From NCBI GenBank assembly GCA_011109175.1, contig RDEW01000009.1:129237-193236 (forward strand): 64,000 nt of DNA. The letters are read 5' to 3'. Every line of letters begins with the position of its first letter. The stretch's first letter is position 1. This document shows positions 61,327 through 64,000 of this stretch, piece by piece. This DNA comes from Dicyema japonicum. Taxonomy: Eukaryota > Animalia > Dicyemida. The notes below the pieces were generated by a model that was given only the letters and a program-made list of their open reading frames with translations, ran no database searches and was not told where the DNA came from. Both the position numbers and the translations under genes were made by a program.

Positions 61327-63504
61327 AGACGATTGAACTAATTAATTTAGAATTTAATATTTTGTATTAAATTAAACTTTTAGCAAAAATAAATTAATTA
61401 AATAGTTAACAGTTTTTTATTCGATGTTAATTTTGATTGTGTCCAGAAAATTATGCGATCGAAGTGTATTTCACTGAGGAATCCCAGAAATTCCGAAAAA
61501 GGCCAAGAATAACCCTTCCACTTGTTTTCAACGCCATCTAAACTATTCACATAAGAAGATAACGACCTAAGAAAAATGGCGTTGATCAGTCTTCCAATAA
61601 ATGTTACTGTAGCGTCAAGTGGTCTCTCAGTGTCAATTAGACGTGAAAAATAATAATTTTACCTTACCTACCTCTTTAATTGCTTTGATATGGTGGCTTT
61701 ATGATATTCCCATTTTTTTGTTACATCTACCGCCAATGTGGAACTCAACTCTGCTTCTTTTTAAGTTAAATGTTAACGTATCCGAAACAAAATCTTGGAG
61801 CTGAGACTCATGATTTCAAACCTCAATTATTTTTTCTAGTCAGTCGATTGCTTTGATGAAAATCAGTGCTCGCAGCAAGCACTCCATATGTCTCCAAAAA
61901 ATCGGTTGCAAGAAAAATTAAATAATAATTGTTTTGGTTGGTTTGTTGTATTCTTCCTTATTTATACTCAGATTTCGATCTCGCGTGATATCATTCGCTC
62001 TTAGAGTGCCTCGAATCAAACCACTGGAGATTAGGATACTCTGCTCACCCCGGTTATTTTTTTGCTTTCCAAAAAAAGAAGGATCCATCTTCGAATGCCA
62101 AAATCTTTAAGGATCATCAAAACCTTGATGTGTCCAGTAGTTTAGGAGATCCAAGTAACCCTCAAAATCATTTCGATTATTTTGACCGGGATCAACGATT
62201 ATGTTATCAAATTACTCGATATTTGAGGATCCCGGACTGACTAGAGATAACTTAAAAGCTTTGTAAAACTAATTAAGTTTAATAACATTTTAAAACATTA
62301 TTCAGCTTATTAAACAACAGAGAGCACATAGATTTCCGAGTTACTCTCCATCAAGAGTCCACATTTTTCGCTCAAAATAACCTCTAGAAATAATCGATTG
62401 TAATCAGACTTTACTTTGAGCATTACTAAGAATTATAATCAATTTCAGTTATATTATTTTTCACTTTTGAACAACTTTTTTGACCGCGTGCCTTAAGGAT
62501 TTTTTTGCTGGACACTATTATTTTGATTTAAAGAGCTTAGGAGGATTGAAAAGATAAAGCTAGATTTTTATGTTTTAACGTTAAAAAGTTAAATTTTAAG
62601 ATTAATAATAACATTTTAGCCCAGAGAAATCCGTTACAACCCTATTCACCTCGGACAAGAAATTGTCAAACAAGTCAATTAAAATTGAAGCGGATAGGAA
62701 AACATTACCATTTAAAAAAATTGCAAAAAATCCTGGTAATAACCTTTAATACACATATGTTTATGTCGCAGCATGTTGGAAATATGCTAAACAAATGCGA
62801 GAAAAAAATCAATATATTGAAAAGCCTATTGAATCTCTGGAAAACCGGGAACATTAATAAAGTTAAATTTTTAAGGTTAAAAATGTTCGTCCTAGTTATT
62901 AGTTCGTTCTGAGATTACATTTCGTCGTTTTTGTGGAACGATAAATAAAGCTTTTTATAAGTAACAACAAACATAGAATCATATTAACTGTCATTTTATT
63001 CGTGTAAATTTTAAAAATTGATCCTCAAAATTTTTTTTCAAATTTGAACCGGACGAGATTCGAACGAGGATTCTACCTGCATCGGACACTTCTTTTATTC
63101 AAAAATTCGGGTTTTCAATGTATTCTGAGTTCACCTCGTCCATACTCACAAAAAAAGATATGAGCTTTCATCCATCAATTAGCTAATTAGGCATGTAATA
63201 GAGGTACGTTACCTTGTTAACCTTCTGGCTAATTAACTTGGCTAACTGGTCAATAAAATCACTAAATTAGGGATAAAATTTGGAAAATTTATATAATTTT
63301 TTTGCGTCGAATATCTTTGACTTAAAATCAGACATCTACTGTCTCGGCTTCGGAAAAAATAATGTTTAGCTGGGTGATTTGAGTAGTCTAAAAAATGTAG
63401 ACAGTCAGACTTCCAGTCTTCAAAACTTGAAGTGATAGGTTTGCTGATGACTGACGAGATCGTCGAGGGCGGGACTCTTGACAACATAAAAAGTACTGTA
63501 AGTT

Positions 63505-63655
63505 CATGAACGATGTCGTGGATGATTTATTAGTTTACTCTCCATAATTTGAATCTGATTCTTTGTTTTCAATACATTCTGTGTTCAGTTCTGTACATAT
63601 GTGTCATAACTCGATATGGAAGAAGTGCCTATTAAAATAATGTCTCCAAGTAAAC
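63505..63655 (+). mobile_element. Possible LTR-type RT scrap
   Basis: VDDLLVYS...KKC motif only. Confidence 0.3.
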
Positions 63656-64000
63656 TAAATTCATAGTAAAATTTTAAGGCATTTTAATGAAGGACTTTTT
63701 TATTTACTGCTAAAAATATGATTTATGTTTAAGCGAAACGTTATGTGGTTCATCTATTTTGTAAAATCTGGCGGTTCCCAGAGAGCACATAATCCACCTC
63801 GAAATAGAATCATTCACTCCACCGGAAGACAGTCCTCCTCCCTGGCGCGTTAACTGTAGTTGCAGCGTTACATTTTCCAACAGTTTTGGTTTCACAGACT
63901 TTAGGTGTTTAATCTTAGCGCCTCTCTGATAATTTTTATTTATGATTATTAGTTAGTATCCCCGAGGAGACGGTGTCCTCAGACGTCCAGTAGCTAGTGC

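Noticed and set aside
59900-63900. Additional genes between and after THOC6 and TMED2 (e.g. ORF 63242-63487)
   Set aside because: Some intron-like segments, but no continuous frame or recognisable protein; left uncalled.
1-64000. CRISPR array, prokaryotic operon or retron-type RT system
   Set aside because: No regularly spaced repeat-spacer array; genes are spliced and all RTs are eukaryotic retrotransposon types.

Overview
AT-rich animal genomic DNA from a draft assembly (two N-gaps, eight single-N joins); not prokaryotic, no CRISPR array and no rRNA. Host genes are hidden from the ORF track by very short (21-28 nt) GT-AG introns. Manual splicing gives complete frames for TMED2/p24-beta (60649-61326, -), a THOC6-like WD40 gene (58318-59406, -) and a 14-intron, 686-aa ZYG11/ZER1-like cullin-2 substrate receptor (28779-31159, +). 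Animal-type genes with ~23-nt introns suggest a dicyemid-like organism (inference). The first 31 kb is a tandem segmental duplication (1-15265 and 15266-~31345) whose only recognisable host gene is the ZYG11/ZER1-like gene. Its two copies differ in clustered amino-acid-changing patches while several introns and the adjacent dead RTE element are almost identical, which is the best candidate for an undescribed rapidly diversifying E3-receptor family. The rest is mostly decayed transposons: RTE-, I/Jockey-, CRE- and R4-like LINEs, Buster- and CGGBP1-type hATs, Ginger-like integrase elements and at least two SINE families. Notable details: a TSD-bounded 5'-inverted LINE, a SINE sharing its 3' tail with a local LINE, structured SINE cores, and host-sized tiny introns inside transposase genes. 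All alignments and folds were done by eye; boundaries of decayed elements are approximate.
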